Assembly (NCBI GenBank): GCA_965221695.1
Contig: OZ244905.1
Location: 416,001 to 480,000 of the forward strand
Origin: Gammaproteobacteria bacterium
Lineage (GTDB): Bacteria > Pseudomonadota > Gammaproteobacteria > Eutrophobiales > Eutrophobiaceae
Direction of reading: 5' to 3'
Length of the DNA: 64,000 nt
Below the pieces are notes generated by a model, which did not search any database, was not told the DNA's origin, and saw only the letters and a program-made list of their open reading frames with translations. Shown here piece by piece: positions 30,507 to 42,406 of the stretch; the first letter of the stretch is position 1; each line of letters starts with the position of its first letter. The position numbers and the translations under genes are program-made.

Positions 30507-32143
30507 TGCAAATCAACATGCGAACCGATACGAAAAGGGCAAAACCATTGCCTCCCGAGCCGGGGAAAAACCTGACTGCGATAACCGGAGAAGAAACGCC
30601 GGCCCTGGTAACGGATGACATGATTGACAGCAGTAAAATAGGAATGCCGGGCGAATATCCCTATACAAGAGGCATTTTTCAGGATGGCTACCGCGGGCGA
30701 TTGTGGACATTCCGGCAGTATTCCGGGTTTGGTACCGCGGAGGAAACCAATGAACGCTACCGATTCTTGCTGGACAGGGGTTCGACCGGCTTGTCCGTGG
30801 CGTTGGATTTGCCGACCCAATGCGGCTACGACCCGGATGACGTGATGGCCACCGGCGAAATAGGCAAAGTCGGCGTCTCACTGTCCAACCTGGCGGACGC
30901 GGAAATAGTCTTCGACGGCATCGACCTGAGCAAAATATCGACCTCTTTTACCATCAACAGTACGGCGGCTATTATCTATGCCATGTACCTGGCGGTCGCC
31001 GATAAGAAAAATACGCCGCGCAGTGCGCTGACCGGGACGATACAAAACGACATCCTGAAAGAATACGCCGCACGCGGCACATGGATATTCCCGGTGCGGC
31101 CTTCCATGCGTCTCATCGCGGATTCTATACTTTATGCCAATGAACAAACACCCCGGTTCAACCCGATAAGCATTGCCGGCGCGCATATGCGGGATGCGGG
31201 CGTGAATGAAACTGAAGAGTTGGGCTTTACATTGGCTAACGGCCTGGCGTATGTTGATGAATTGGTCAGACGCGGCGCCGATCCAAACAAATTTGCCCGA
31301 AGGTTGAGTTTCTTCTTTTATGTGCACATGGGCTTTTTTGAAGAGATTGCCAAGTTTCGCGCAGGCAGAAGGCTGTGGGCAAGATTGCTCAGAGAGCGTT
31401 ATGGCATCACGGACCCGAAAGCGCTGATGTTCCGCTTCGGTGTAGTCTGTGGCGGGTCCTCCCTCAGCGCGTCACAACCGTATAATAATATCGCCCGGGT
31501 GGCTCTGGAAAACATGTCCGCCGTATTCGGCGGCGCACAATCGGTATTTACCTGCGCCTACGATGAAGCCTTTCAGATCCCAACGGAATTCAGTGCCGAG
31601 ACCGCATTGAGGACGCAGCAGATAGTTGCGTATGAAACCGGGATAACAAAATCAGTGGATCCGCTTGGCGGCAGTTATTACGTGGAATGGCTGACAGACC
31701 GCATGGAAGAGCAAGCGGAACATATCATCAAAGAACTGGAGGAGTACGGCGGTGTGGAGAAAGCCATCGAAGAGGGATTCATACAATCCAGAATTGCCGA
31801 GAGTGCGCACCAGCGCAAGGTCCGGAAAGATCGCGGAGAAGATGTGGTAGTCGGCGAGAATTATTACCGCAGCGAGAATGAGGCCAATGATTTCGGTGAA
31901 ATTTTTCAACTGGACAGCCAGGCTACCGACAAGATCATTAGCAGGCTCAATGCGATAAGAGACCAACGTGACAATGCCGAAGTACGCAAGACGTTACGAA
32001 AACTTGAAGATTGTGCGGCCACTGAAGGCGAAAACCTGATGCCGTATATCGTTGATTGCTGCCATGCCTATGCCACGGTCGGTGAAATGGTATCGAGTCT
32101 CAAGCAACAATGGGGTGAATTCAGAGAGCCTATACGGCTTTAA
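30503..32143 (+). CDS. B12-dependent acyl-CoA mutase, large (substrate-binding) subunit
   Basis: PGEYPYTRG, RQYSGFG, GTIQNDILKE, DPLGGSYYVE. Confidence 0.93.
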   Translation: MMQINMRTDTKRAKPLPPEPGKNLTAITGEETPALVTDDMIDSSKIGMPGEYPYTRGIFQDGYRGRLWTFRQYSGFGTAEETNERYRFLLDRGSTGLSVALDLPTQCGYDPDDVMATGEIGKVGVSLSNLADAEIVFDGIDLSKISTSFTINSTAAIIYAMYLAVADKKNTPRSALTGTIQNDILKEYAARGTWIFPVRPSMRLIADSILYANEQTPRFNPISIAGAHMRDAGVNETEELGFTLANGLAYVDELVRRGADPNKFARRLSFFFYVHMGFFEEIAKFRAGRRLWARLLRERYGITDPKALMFRFGVVCGGSSLSASQPYNNIARVALENMSAVFGGAQSVFTCAYDEAFQIPTEFSAETALRTQQIVAYETGITKSVDPLGGSYYVEWLTDRMEEQAEHIIKELEEYGGVEKAIEEGFIQSRIAESAHQRKVRKDRGEDVVVGENYYRSENEANDFGEIFQLDSQATDKIISRLNAIRDQRDNAEVRKTLRKLEDCAATEGENLMPYIVDCCHAYATVGEMVSSLKQQWGEFREPIRL

Positions 32144-32169
32144 TTCAGCAGATATGGGAACAATACGAT

Positions 32170-32565
32170 ATGTCGATTAAGGGCAAAAGAATACTGGTGG
32201 GAAAACCCGGGTTGGATGGGCATGATGTCGGCGCAAAGGTGATTGCGTTGACATTACGCGATGCCGGCGCCGATGTCATCTATACGGGCCTGCGAAAAAC
32301 ACCGGATTATATTGCCAGAACCGCCGTGGACGAAGATGTGGACGTGGTGGGACTGAGTATTTTGAGCGGCAGTCATAAGGAACTGGTCAAGGCGACCAGG
32401 GAAAAGCTCGACGAGCTTGGCGCCGCGTATATCCAAATTTTTGTCGGTGGTACCATTCCTGTTCAGGATTACGACGAACTGAAACAATATGGCGTAGCGG
32501 CGATATTTACCGCGGAAATGCCGCTGGATGACATCGTTGCAAAAATCGATCAGTTATTGGGATGA
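32170..32565 (+). CDS. Acyl-CoA mutase small cobalamin-binding subunit
   Basis: KPGLDGHDVG (DxHxxG), GLSILSG, VGG. Confidence 0.93.
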   Translation: MSIKGKRILVGKPGLDGHDVGAKVIALTLRDAGADVIYTGLRKTPDYIARTAVDEDVDVVGLSILSGSHKELVKATREKLDELGAAYIQIFVGGTIPVQDYDELKQYGVAAIFTAEMPLDDIVAKIDQLLG

Positions 32566-32628
32566 ACGTTTCAACAGGCCGGACAGGGCCACTGTCACAG
32601 CGCCGAAACTGCCAGAAAGTTCATATGT

Positions 32629-33849
32629 TCAGTGCCCCCAAAGCTCTGTCGCTCGTGCAAGTTCCAGTTTTGCAATAGTATGTAAATGTACTTCGTCAGG
32701 CCCGTCAAAAATCCGCATTCCCCGCACCATTGCAAATTGGTGAGCCAAACCGAAGTCGTCGCTTACGCCGCCCCCGCCATGAACCTGGATTGCGCGGTCA
32801 AATACATTTTGCGCCATGTTAGGACCTAAAACCTTGATCATTGCGATTTCCGACCTTGCCGTCTTATTTCCGACGGTGTCCATCATATACGCGGCTTTGA
32901 GGCAAAGAAGCCGTGCTTGTTCAATCTCAATGCGAGAATGTGCAATCGCCTGACGCACCGAACCCTGCTCAGCAAGAGACTTGCCGAATGCAACGCGCGA
33001 TTTTGCACGAGCAATCATTGACTCCAGGGCGCGTTCAGCCTGGCCGATAACACGCATACAATGATGGATTCGCCCAGGGCCGAGGCGCCCTTGCGCAATT
33101 TCAAATCCGCGCCCCTCTCCCAGAATCATATTTTCTTTTGGCACACGAACATTATTGAAATCGACTTCCCAATGACCGAAGGGAGCGTGATCATAGCCAA
33201 ATACCGTCAACGGTCTAATTATCTTGACGCCTTCCGTATCAGTCGGAACCAGTATCATCGACTGTTGCTGGCGCCTAGGCGCTGACGGGTCGGTTTTCCC
33301 CATCACGATGAAGATTTTGCAGCGCTTGTCACCCGCGCTGGATGACCACCACTTACGTCCATTGATGACATAATCATCACCGTCGCGCTTTATCTCAGTT
33401 TTAATATTTGTCGCATCGGATGATGCCACAGCCGGCTCGGTCATCGCGAAACAGGAACGAATTTCACCTGCAAGAAGGGGCTTAAGCCACTGTTTCTTCT
33501 GAGCGGTATCGCCATACCGGTCGAGCACTTCCATATTACCCGTGTCCGGGGCCGAGCAGTTGAAAACCTCCGGGCCAATCCAGGAGCGCCCCATGATTTC
33601 GCACAGCGGCGCATATTCGACATTGGTGAGTCCGGCGCCGAAGTCACTTTCAGGCAAAAACAGATTCCACAGGCCATGCGCCTTCGCCTTTTCCTTCAAC
33701 TCTTCCAGGATGGGAGGAATGTCCCAGCGATCTGCCTGAGCAAGATGTTGCTCGGTGAAAATTCGTTCGCCCGGATACACATATTCATCCATGAACTCGG
33801 AAACCTGCTTTATGAGTTTATTGGTCTTTTCTGAATGTTCAAAATACAT
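32629..33849 (-). CDS. Acyl-CoA dehydrogenase (ACAD10/11-like)
   Basis: [40 protein letters not shown]. Confidence 0.93.
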   Translation of the reverse strand: MYFEHSEKTNKLIKQVSEFMDEYVYPGERIFTEQHLAQADRWDIPPILEELKEKAKAHGLWNLFLPESDFGAGLTNVEYAPLCEIMGRSWIGPEVFNCSAPDTGNMEVLDRYGDTAQKKQWLKPLLAGEIRSCFAMTEPAVASSDATNIKTEIKRDGDDYVINGRKWWSSSAGDKRCKIFIVMGKTDPSAPRRQQQSMILVPTDTEGVKIIRPLTVFGYDHAPFGHWEVDFNNVRVPKENMILGEGRGFEIAQGRLGPGRIHHCMRVIGQAERALESMIARAKSRVAFGKSLAEQGSVRQAIAHSRIEIEQARLLCLKAAYMMDTVGNKTARSEIAMIKVLGPNMAQNVFDRAIQVHGGGGVSDDFGLAHQFAMVRGMRIFDGPDEVHLHTIAKLELARATELWGH

Positions 33850-33975
33850 AGCTCTCTCGTTGCCGAAAAGGATTTATCGTTAAGCCGTCGCCCGGAGCGC
33901 GGACGTCCCGTCTGCAAGCAGGCCGATCGCCTGCGGTCTCAGGAGTTGACAGCCCGCTGTTTTAAAGAAGAAAAC

Positions 33976-34049
33976 TGGAGGCTGGGGTCGGAATCGAACC
34001 GGCGTCGACGGCTTTGCAGGCCGCTGCATAACCACTCTGCCACCCAGCC
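33976..34049 (-). tRNA. tRNA-Cys(GCA)
   Basis: GGCTGGGTGGCAGAGTGG...CT-GCA-AA...GGTTCGATTCC...CCA. Confidence 0.97.
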
Positions 34050-34151
34050 AGGGATATACCCGAAATCGTTAAGATCAAACATCCACCCGATGCCCACAAA
34101 CTTGCCTGCGGGCGATCCGGGCAGTGTCCGGTCATGAACAATAAACAAGAA

Positions 34152-34182
34152 CAAACAAAAACCCCGGGGCCAGCCCGGGGTT
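34152..34182 (-). terminator. Intrinsic terminator-like hairpin between tRNA-Gly and tRNA-Cys
   Basis: AACCCCGGG/CCCGGGGTT stem followed by a U-rich tract on the minus strand. Confidence 0.6.
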
Positions 34183-34204
34183 ATCCCTGCTCAGGGTATC
34201 TGTT

Positions 34205-34280
<76 letters not shown>

Positions 34281-34377
34281 GCTGGTCATTCATGTATTAC
34301 CCTTCCCTGGTGCAATTCAAATATCTTCCCGGACCGTACTTGAATTGTAACGCCATTCTGGAAGATTTCAAGCGCGT

Positions 34378-34998
34378 TTACGCCGGCAACATGCCCTCGG
34401 TTACGATAAAGTGGATGATCGCATCCAGGCCCTCGCCGGTCTTAAGATTGGAGAAGATAAACGGCTTATCACGGCGCATCCTGCGGGCATCCCGATCCAT
34501 GACCTCAAGCGAAGCGCCGACGCTGGCAGCCAGGTCGATCTTATTGATGATCAGTAAATCGGAACGGGTGATCCCCGGCCCACCCTTGCGCGGAATTTTA
34601 TCTCCGGCTGCCACATCAATTACATACAGTGTCAGATCAGAGAGTTCCGGGCTGAACGTGGCGCTGAGGTTATCGCCTCCGCTTTCGACAAATACCAGGT
34701 CCAGTTTGCGATGCCGTTGCTGCAACGTATCAATGGCTGCGAGGTTCATCGATGCGTCCTCGCGAATGGCCGTGTGTGGGCAACCGCCGGTTTCAACGCC
34801 GATGATCCGGTTTGCCGCCAACGCATTGTGACGAGTCAGAAACTCCGCATCCTCATGAGTATAGATATCGTTGGTAACGACGCCAATGTCATAGCGGTCG
34901 CGCAGCGCCTGGCATAAAGCCTTCAACAGTGCGGTCTTCCCGGAACCGACTGGCCCGCCAACGCCTACCCTCAATGCGTGTTTTGTCATCATTGTCAT
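34378..34998 (-). CDS. ureG: Urease accessory GTPase UreG
   Basis: [27 protein letters not shown]. Confidence 0.96.
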   Translation of the reverse strand: MTMMTKHALRVGVGGPVGSGKTALLKALCQALRDRYDIGVVTNDIYTHEDAEFLTRHNALAANRIIGVETGGCPHTAIREDASMNLAAIDTLQQRHRKLDLVFVESGGDNLSATFSPELSDLTLYVIDVAAGDKIPRKGGPGITRSDLLIINKIDLAASVGASLEVMDRDARRMRRDKPFIFSNLKTGEGLDAIIHFIVTEGMLPA

Positions 34999-34999
34999 C

Positions 35000-35680
35000 T
35001 CAGGACCTGAATAATCGGCTGTACTGCTGCTCGTGCCAGCTACTGGCCAACGCCAGGGCCGGCAGGGAACTGCCAATCTCGTCATCGGCAAGCTCTCTGG
35101 CTTTAGCGACGGTTGCCGGCAACTGTGGCATCAGGTCGCTCAACAACCGCTGGGCTGCGGTCTGCCCCAGCGCCATCAATCGGGTTGCCGCGCTGACCTG
35201 GTTTTCCAACCAACTCCAAAGGTAGCCATGGCACGCAAGTTCCGGAGTGATGCGCCAATGTGCGGCCAGCATCGCAAAGCTGGTGATGAACGTTGTCCCG
35301 CTCGGCGTTTGCCAGGGCAGCGCGATATTCAAAGCCGGCGCCAGACGCAACAGGGCCGCGCCCATTGCCATTTCTGCCGCGCGCAGTTCAGTCGTATCCC
35401 GACAGCTCAGAATCCAGGCATCCCAGCGGCGCAGGTCACCGGTGTCCTGGCGTTTGGCCGCATCCACCTGGCGCAGCAGTAACGGCGCGTCAACTCGCGC
35501 CTGCCCCTCGCTCAACTGCAATGACAACCAGTCCTGCAGTGTTGCGTGGTCCTGCAACCAACCCTGTTCCACTGCCGCTTCGAGACCTTGGGAGAAGGAG
35601 TAGCCGCCTACCGGCAAGGCGGCGCTGCTCAATTGCAGCAGGCGCAACAAGGCGTTGTCAGTAATGCTAATGGTGGGCAT
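35000..35680 (-). CDS. ureF: Urease accessory protein UreF
   Basis: [20 protein letters not shown] ... [11 protein letters not shown]. Confidence 0.95.
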   Translation of the reverse strand: MPTISITDNALLRLLQLSSAALPVGGYSFSQGLEAAVEQGWLQDHATLQDWLSLQLSEGQARVDAPLLLRQVDAAKRQDTGDLRRWDAWILSCRDTTELRAAEMAMGAALLRLAPALNIALPWQTPSGTTFITSFAMLAAHWRITPELACHGYLWSWLENQVSAATRLMALGQTAAQRLLSDLMPQLPATVAKARELADDEIGSSLPALALASSWHEQQYSRLFRS

Positions 35681-36113
35681 GACCGCCACCGCTGTACGCG
35701 CCCGGCTCAGGCTCGAAAACCGCTTTCTGCTGAATGACTTCCAGGCCCATTTCCACCAACATTTGTTCAAGCACGTGTTCGCGAACCATGCGCAGCCAGC
35801 GTTTCCCGACTTGCAATCGGACATGCCGATTGCCAAGGTGATAGCAGGCGCGGGCGAATAAAGACCAATCGCCGGCGCGCGCCAGGGTGACGGGTTCTAT
35901 AGCGCCGGCGACCACCAAATCTCGGCCACAGACGCTACGCAGCCCCTGGCCAATGCCCAGGACATTGCCGCGTTCGAGGAAAACGCGCACCTCAGTGCCA
36001 TCGGCCAGAAAGGTTTTAAACCTGCCTTTTTCCCTTTGCAGGTGATCAAGAGGCAATTCCTCGGCGCCGGAACCGGATTGAAGATGGGGCAAACGTTCGT
36101 ACACTTCCAGCAT
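35667..36113 (-). CDS. ureE: Urease accessory protein UreE
   Basis: YHLGNRH, FEPEPGAY, His-rich tail. Confidence 0.95.
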   Translation of the reverse strand: MLEVYERLPHLQSGSGAEELPLDHLQREKGRFKTFLADGTEVRVFLERGNVLGIGQGLRSVCGRDLVVAGAIEPVTLARAGDWSLFARACYHLGNRHVRLQVGKRWLRMVREHVLEQMLVEMGLEVIQQKAVFEPEPGAYSGGGHAHH

Positions 36114-36121
36114 GGTTCGTG

Positions 36122-37825
36122 TTAAAACAGGTTGTATAACTGTGCCAGCGGCAATACCTCAGCCGGTTCACAGGTCAGCAACTCGCCGTCAGCCCGCACT
36201 TCATATGTTTGCGGGTCTACCGTAACAGCCGGCATCCAAGTGTTATGTATCATATCAGCCTTGGTCACAGAACGGCAGTCCTGGCAGGCTGCCAGTCGTC
36301 GTCCCAGCCGCAATCGCTCTGCCACGCCTGCTTCCATTGCAGCGCCACTGACAAATGTGACCGATATATTGCGCGGCGCGGCGCCAAAAGCGCCGAACAT
36401 ATTTCTGTAATGCACTGGTTGTGGCGTTGGAATCGACGCGTTGGGATCGCCCATGGCCGCTGCCGCAATACACCCCCCCTTGATAATCAACGAGGGCTTG
36501 ACGCCGAAAAAAGCGGGTTTCCACAATACCAGGTCGGCAAGCTTGCCTACCTCGACAGAACCAATCTCGCGGGCGATACCGTGAGTGATTGCCGGATTGA
36601 TCGTGTACTTGGCTATATAGCGGCGGGCGCGCAGGTTGTCGTTTTGTTCGGTGTCCCCTTCGAGCGGGCCGCGCTGCAGCTTCATCTTGTGCGCGGTTTG
36701 CCAGGTGCGGGTAATCACCTCGCCCACCCGTCCCATGGCCTGGGAATCCGAAGCGATCATGCTGAATGCGCCAAGATCATGGAAAATATCTTCCGCAGCG
36801 ATGGTTTCCTTGCGAATCCGGGAATCGGCAAAAGCCACATCTTCAGGTATGGCAGCGTCCAGATGATGGCAAACCATCAACATATCCAGGTGTTCGTCCA
36901 CCGTGTTACGGGTATAGGGCCGGGTTGGGTTTGTGGACGACGGCAGTACGTTAGGCTCGCCGCAGGCGCGGATAATATCCGGCGCATGGCCGCCGCCGGC
37001 GCCTTCGGTGTGGTAGGTATGAATAGTCCGCCCCTTGAATGCGGCCAGGGTATCGTCCACAAAGCCGGATTCGTTCAACGTATCGGTATGAATGGCAACC
37101 TGGACATCGAAACGCTCGGCAACATTCAGGCAAGTATCTATTGCCGCGGGTGTCGTGCCCCAGTCTTCGTGCAATTTCAAGCCGCAGGCTCCGGCTGTCA
37201 ATTGTTCTTCCAAAGCCAAGGGCAGACTGGCGTTGCCCTTGCCAAGAAAGCCGAAATTCATCGGCATATCATCAGTGGCCTGCAACATCTTGCCGATATG
37301 CCAGGGGCCTGGCGTGCAAGTGGTTGCTTTCGTACCGGTAGCCGGCCCGGTGCCGCCGCCCAGCATGGTCGTCACACCGGACATCAGCGCTTCCTCCACC
37401 TGCTGTGGGCAGATAAAGTGGATGTGCGCGTCTATGCCGCCGGCGGTCAATATCTGCCCTTCGCCGGCGATGATTTCAGTGCCCGGACCGATCAATACGT
37501 TTATATTGTCCTGTATGTCCGGGTTGCCGGCCTTGCCGATGGCGCTGATGCGCCCTTGCCTGATGCCGAGATCGGCTTTGACGATGCCCCAGTGATCCAG
37601 GATCAGCGCGTTGGTGATGACCGTATCCACACATTCTCTGCCGCCGCGTTGGCTCTGGCCCATTCCGTCGCGAATCACCTTGCCACCGCCAAACTTGACC
37701 TCCTCTCCGTAGTGGGTAAAGTCTTTTTCCACCTCTATGATCAGCGCGGTGTCGCCCAACCGCACCCGATCACCGGTAGTCGGACCAAACATGGCTGCGT
37801 AAGACTGTCTGTCAATTGTGCTCAT
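36122..37825 (-). CDS. ureC: Urease alpha subunit
   Basis: GPTTGD, DAHIH, KLHEDWG, MVCHHL. Confidence 0.98.
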   Translation of the reverse strand: MSTIDRQSYAAMFGPTTGDRVRLGDTALIIEVEKDFTHYGEEVKFGGGKVIRDGMGQSQRGGRECVDTVITNALILDHWGIVKADLGIRQGRISAIGKAGNPDIQDNINVLIGPGTEIIAGEGQILTAGGIDAHIHFICPQQVEEALMSGVTTMLGGGTGPATGTKATTCTPGPWHIGKMLQATDDMPMNFGFLGKGNASLPLALEEQLTAGACGLKLHEDWGTTPAAIDTCLNVAERFDVQVAIHTDTLNESGFVDDTLAAFKGRTIHTYHTEGAGGGHAPDIIRACGEPNVLPSSTNPTRPYTRNTVDEHLDMLMVCHHLDAAIPEDVAFADSRIRKETIAAEDIFHDLGAFSMIASDSQAMGRVGEVITRTWQTAHKMKLQRGPLEGDTEQNDNLRARRYIAKYTINPAITHGIAREIGSVEVGKLADLVLWKPAFFGVKPSLIIKGGCIAAAAMGDPNASIPTPQPVHYRNMFGAFGAAPRNISVTFVSGAAMEAGVAERLRLGRRLAACQDCRSVTKADMIHNTWMPAVTVDPQTYEVRADGELLTCEPAEVLPLAQLYNLF

Positions 37826-37871
37826 GGTTCATCCTTATCTGCGAAAAGTCTCCTGGGTCTCCTACTGGCAT

Positions 37872-38210
37872 TCAGGGGTCAGTATCCGGCGCAGCATCCA
37901 GCGCGCCCATGATTTCTCCGCGGAACCCATAGACCTTACGGGCGCTGGTGTAGGCCACCAGCTCCACCTCCCGGTCCTGGCCCGGTTCAAATCGGACCGC
38001 TGTGCCGGAGACAATATTCAAACGAAATCCCCAAGTCTTCTCCCGGTCAAACAGCAAGGCGGAGTTGGTTTCAAAGAAATGGTAGTGGGAACCGACCTGC
38101 ACCGGACGGTCGCCGCTGTTTTTGACGACCAAGGTCAGGATTTCACGTCCCTCGTTCAAGCTGATTTCACCTTCAGCGACGAGGATTTCACCGGGAATCA
38201 TATTCTTCAA
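37872..38210 (-). CDS. ureB: Urease beta subunit
   Basis: [27 protein letters not shown]. Confidence 0.96.
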   Translation of the reverse strand: MKNMIPGEILVAEGEISLNEGREILTLVVKNSGDRPVQVGSHYHFFETNSALLFDREKTWGFRLNIVSGTAVRFEPGQDREVELVAYTSARKVYGFRGEIMGALDAAPDTDP

Positions 38211-38509
38211 CCAATAGGATCATGCACCGTGACCAATTTAGTGCCGTCAGGAAAAGTGGCTTCCACCTGGACCTCGCGAATCAGTTCCGCCACGCCGTCC
38301 ATCACCTGGTCGGCACGCAGAACCTGTTTGCCATAATTCATCAATTCGGCGACTGTTTTCCCATCCCTTGCGCCTTCCATGATTTCCAGTGTCAGGTAAG
38401 CGACGGCTTCCGGGTAATTGAGCTTGAGGCCCCTGTTCAAGCGGCGTTCCGCGAGCAAAGCGGCGGTAAAGACCAGCAGTTTATCTTTCTCTCTTGGTAA
38501 TAATTCCAT
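38207..38509 (-). CDS. ureA: Urease gamma subunit
   Basis: [31 protein letters not shown]. Confidence 0.97.
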   Translation of the reverse strand: MELLPREKDKLLVFTAALLAERRLNRGLKLNYPEAVAYLTLEIMEGARDGKTVAELMNYGKQVLRADQVMDGVAELIREVQVEATFPDGTKLVTVHDPIG

Positions 38510-38523
38510 GTTTTGTTGTTGTT

Positions 38524-39372
38524 TTATGTAAACCAGATGCGCGGCGCGCAAGCGGCCCGACCCAGTAGCGGCGACCGTAGGCAGCGCCACCAGGCAGTAT
38601 ACAGTTTGCGCGCATTGGACGCGCTATCGCCGAGATAGCGTCCTATCAGGAAATCGTCCAGCCAGCTCAGCGCTACGCACTGCTCCGTCACGGTCTCGCG
38701 CAGTAATTGTAACAGGGGCACGCGTTTTTCGACAGCATAAGGTCCGGCCAGAAAGATACCGGTAACAGGTTCGCCGCGCAGACTTGCCGGACCATCCAGC
38801 ATCAACGCGCGGTTATCATCATCCAGGCAAAACGCCTCGGTAAACACCGGTTCTCCCTCCCGTATAACACAATAACGTTGTTTGAAACGTCCGCTGTTAA
38901 AACGTTGCTGGCTTGCAGGCAAGCCGAAACATGTCAATTCCCAACCGATAAAACGGCTGTCCCGGTCCAATTCTACGGTTGTCTCGAGTTCAACCCAGGC
39001 GCCGTCAAATACGATGGTTTCCAGTGGAAACCATTCAAGCGCAGCGCCGGCATCAAGTCGCAGGCAGACGCGCTGGCGTTGTAGCGGATTGTTTTCTCGC
39101 GCGCGGTACACCCGGGTGGCGCCTGGCGTGGTAATCAAAGCGCCACAGGCAGCGGAGATATCGACGCTGACATTCAGACTATCGCCCGAGACGATGCCGC
39201 CAGGCGGATGCAACAGGTACAGGTGAGGGTGCTCTTTGCCTTCCGGATAAAAGGGTTTTTGCACATAAAGGGGGCCATTGTGCGCGCAACGCGCCAGGCG
39301 CGTCCTGCCGGCTTCGGCGCGCAGGTTCAATTCGACGTTTGCAGGCCAACCCTGCCCGAAGACTGATTTCAT
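38524..39372 (-). CDS. ureD: Urease accessory protein UreD
   Basis: [29 protein letters not shown]; ATGA overlap with pgsA. Confidence 0.93.
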   Translation of the reverse strand: MKSVFGQGWPANVELNLRAEAGRTRLARCAHNGPLYVQKPFYPEGKEHPHLYLLHPPGGIVSGDSLNVSVDISAACGALITTPGATRVYRARENNPLQRQRVCLRLDAGAALEWFPLETIVFDGAWVELETTVELDRDSRFIGWELTCFGLPASQQRFNSGRFKQRYCVIREGEPVFTEAFCLDDDNRALMLDGPASLRGEPVTGIFLAGPYAVEKRVPLLQLLRETVTEQCVALSWLDDFLIGRYLGDSASNARKLYTAWWRCLRSPLLGRAACAPRIWFT

Positions 39373-39923
39373 ATATTTTCTTTCAGTTTTGGCCATGCGC
39401 TGGCCAGGTATTGACACATTGATATCAGGGTCAAGATCGCAGCGACATACAACAGGACCAACCCCACCCCATAGACGGGCACGCTGTAAAGCGTGTCATG
39501 GTATATCAACAATGGCAACGCGGCCATCTGGGCGATGGTCTTTATCTTGCCATAGATGGACACAGCCACATTACTGCGCGCGCCCAGTTCCGCCATCCAC
39601 TCCCGCAAGGCCGAGACCGCGATCTCCCTGCCGATGATCACCGCGGCAGGCAAGGACAGCAGGATGCCGGGATTGCGTTCCACCAGCAGCACCAGCGCGA
39701 CCGCCACCATAAGCTTGTCGGCGACGGGGTCGAGAAACGCACCGAGTTTGGAGGTCTGTTGCAGTTTGCGCGCCAGGAAACCGTCCAGCAGGTCAGTGAA
39801 TGCAGCAACGACAAAGACAATGCAGGCCGCTTCATTGCTCCAGTTGAACGGCAGGTAGAACGCGACGACAAAAACGGGTATCAACCCGATGCGAAAAAGT
39901 GTAAGAATATTTGGTAAGTTCAT
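39369..39923 (-). CDS. pgsA: CDP-diacylglycerol--glycerol-3-phosphate 3-phosphatidyltransferase
   Basis: MNLPNILT, DLLDGFLAR...GAFLDPVADK. Confidence 0.96.
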   Translation of the reverse strand: MNLPNILTLFRIGLIPVFVVAFYLPFNWSNEAACIVFVVAAFTDLLDGFLARKLQQTSKLGAFLDPVADKLMVAVALVLLVERNPGILLSLPAAVIIGREIAVSALREWMAELGARSNVAVSIYGKIKTIAQMAALPLLIYHDTLYSVPVYGVGLVLLYVAAILTLISMCQYLASAWPKLKENI

Positions 39924-39951
39924 CTCGTAATACAATGATTTATATATATTA

Positions 39952-40102
39952 GTAAGCTCTGAACAAGTCCATCCAGGACTTGTCAGAGCACGCAAAACAA
40001 AAATGCAATTTTTGTTTTGCTCTCAAATTTAATGACTGATCGTCATTGAATTTGGCGACACATCCCTGTATCGCAGGAAACTCTGACTTAATCAGAGTTT
40101 CC
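39952..40102. mobile_element. 151-bp MITE, copy B
   Basis: Same length and hairpin order as copy A; ATTA on both flanks. Confidence 0.9.
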
Positions 40103-40158
40103 ATTATTAATACAGTAATCTGATGTGCAGCAAAAGCGGAACTTCGAGTTTGCGTAGT

Positions 40159-41988
40159 TTATTTGTCTCCATGGAATGACGCATAGATTTTTTGAGCCAG
40201 ATTGTTGCTGATTCCTGGCGCGCGGGCAAGCTCTTCTATACCGGCCCTGGAAACACCCTGGAGTCCGCCAAAGTAACGGATAAGGTCGCGGCGCCGTTTT
40301 GCGCCTACACCTTCCACCTCTTCCAGCATGGATTTTGTGCGTTTCTGGTTTCGTTGCCGCCTGTGGCCAGTGATAGCAAACCGGTGGGCTTCATCACGGA
40401 TTTCCTGGATCAGGTGCAGCGCCGATGAACCCGGCGGCAGGCTCATTTCGCTTTTTCCGTCGGATAACACCAGCCGTTCCATCCCGGGCTTTCTCGCCCT
40501 GCCCTTGGCCACACCGAGTAACAGTAATTCGTCAAGCTGCAGTTCTTCCGCCACGGTCCTGACGGAGTTGATCTGACCTTTACCACCATCAATCAGGACC
40601 AGGTCAGGGAGCTTCCCCTCCTCCTTTTTTATGCGCGCATAACGCCGGCTGAATGCCTGAGACAGCGCCGCGTAATCATCACCGGCGGGAATGTCCCTGA
40701 TATTGAACTTGCGATAGTCGGTTTTGACCGCGCCTTCGTGGTTGAATACCACACAGGAGGCGACCGTTGCTTCACCGCTTGAGTGGCTGACGTCAAAGCA
40801 TTCTATCCGTTCCACCGGCTCGTTCAAGCGCAGCACACCCTGCAATTTTTCGAACCGGGACAGGTAACTGTCCCTGGATGAAAGACGCGTCTTCAACGCT
40901 ATTTCCGCATTGTTCAATGCCATTTCCACCCATTTTCTTCTCTCGCTCCTGTGGTTATGCTTGATCCTGACAGTTTTTCCTCTCCTCTCACTCAGCAGGA
41001 CAGTCAACGCTTCCGCATCCGCAACCTGGTGGCTTACCAGGATTTCGCCCGGCGCCGGCCGGTTGCGGGTACCTGCAAGGTAAAACTGGGCCAGGAACGC
41101 ATTGAGTACCTGATCTTCACTCAATTCACCGGTATGGGTCGGAAAAAAAGCCGTGTTACCCAGGTTCAGTCCACCGCGTATGAAAAAGACCTGCACGCAG
41201 GCATACCCGCTCTGCATATGGCAGGCGACGATATCGAGTTCCCCCTTGGGTGCGCTGATATACTGGCTTTCCTGAATTTTCCTCAGGCTGACGATCTGGT
41301 CGCGATACTGCGCAGCACGTTCATAGTCTAACTTGTCCGCCGCCGCCTGCATGGGCCTTGTCAATTCGCGGATCACCTCCTCGTTGCGCCCTTCGAGGAA
41401 CATGACCGTATGTTTCACATCTTCCCGGTAAGTTTCGGGGCCTACCAGTTCCACACATGGCGCGGTGCAACGCTTGATCTGGTATTGCAGGCAGGGCCGG
41501 GAACGGTTGTTGAAAAAATTGTCATCGCACTGCCGGATCTTGAACAGCTTCTGGGTAAGGTTCAGGGTGCGGCGGGCTGACCTGGCGCTGGGGTAAGGAC
41601 CGAAGTACTGTCCCGCCCCCGACTTGGCGCCGCGGTAGAAACTCAACCTGGGAAATTCACTGTCTGTGGATAAATAGAGATACGGGTAGCTTTTGTCATC
41701 CCGTAACACCACGTTATAACGGGGTTTATGCCGTTTTATCAGGTTGCTCTCAAGCAACAAGGCCTCGGCTTCGGTACGCGTAACCGTAACATTGATATCC
41801 CGGATCTGCTTGACCAGCGCCCGGGTTTTGGGAGATTCCGGCTTCTTACCGAAATAGCTAGCGACCCTTTTTTTCAGGTCCCTCGCTTTGCCCACGTAAA
41901 TCAGCGTTCCATCTCCATCAAGCATTTGGTAGACACCCGGATGGTGGGTCATCCTCTCCAGAGATGTTTTATAGTCAAAACTGTTCAT
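40159..41988 (-). CDS. uvrC: Excinuclease ABC subunit C
   Basis: GIY-YIG PGVY...YVGKA, IECFDVSH, LIDGGKGQ, RDEAHRFA, HhH tail. Confidence 0.97.
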   Translation of the reverse strand: MNSFDYKTSLERMTHHPGVYQMLDGDGTLIYVGKARDLKKRVASYFGKKPESPKTRALVKQIRDINVTVTRTEAEALLLESNLIKRHKPRYNVVLRDDKSYPYLYLSTDSEFPRLSFYRGAKSGAGQYFGPYPSARSARRTLNLTQKLFKIRQCDDNFFNNRSRPCLQYQIKRCTAPCVELVGPETYREDVKHTVMFLEGRNEEVIRELTRPMQAAADKLDYERAAQYRDQIVSLRKIQESQYISAPKGELDIVACHMQSGYACVQVFFIRGGLNLGNTAFFPTHTGELSEDQVLNAFLAQFYLAGTRNRPAPGEILVSHQVADAEALTVLLSERRGKTVRIKHNHRSERRKWVEMALNNAEIALKTRLSSRDSYLSRFEKLQGVLRLNEPVERIECFDVSHSSGEATVASCVVFNHEGAVKTDYRKFNIRDIPAGDDYAALSQAFSRRYARIKKEEGKLPDLVLIDGGKGQINSVRTVAEELQLDELLLLGVAKGRARKPGMERLVLSDGKSEMSLPPGSSALHLIQEIRDEAHRFAITGHRRQRNQKRTKSMLEEVEGVGAKRRRDLIRYFGGLQGVSRAGIEELARAPGISNNLAQKIYASFHGDK

Positions 41989-42406
41989 TATGCGCGGAGA
42001 AATTCGGGCTATGCGTCTTTGTTATCAGGAATAATAAGGTTAATTCTCCATGACTTATCGATTTCAAACGGGCTGAAACCCCGAAAATTGTTTATGGATA
42101 AATTCGATAACATCTGCTCTTGCTCGACACGACCAGAATACATATGTTGGTAGATCATACACGAAAACGGTCAGACGGACGCTTCCTTGAGCGTAAATTC
42201 GGTGGGTTTGTCGCTATCATAGACGCCGCCATAGAATTGCTAAGTCATTAGCATCAAAACGATTAATGGAATAAAATCAACCTGATATAGCTACAGGTCT
42301 GGACCGCGAAGGTGTTTATAAATTGGTGTTTGGATTTTGTGATTGGCCTGTTATCGTTTACCATCGGATTTATAGTTCTTTGGAAGGTTGCGGGGAGGAA
42401 CAGCGC

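Noticed and set aside
33895-33916. REP-like hairpin GGAGCGCGGACGTCCCGTCTGC
   Set aside because: Single copy in the window; a repeat family cannot be established.
36209-37912. 567-aa plus-strand ORF
   Set aside because: Antisense shadow of ureC in GC-rich coding DNA; no recognisable motifs.
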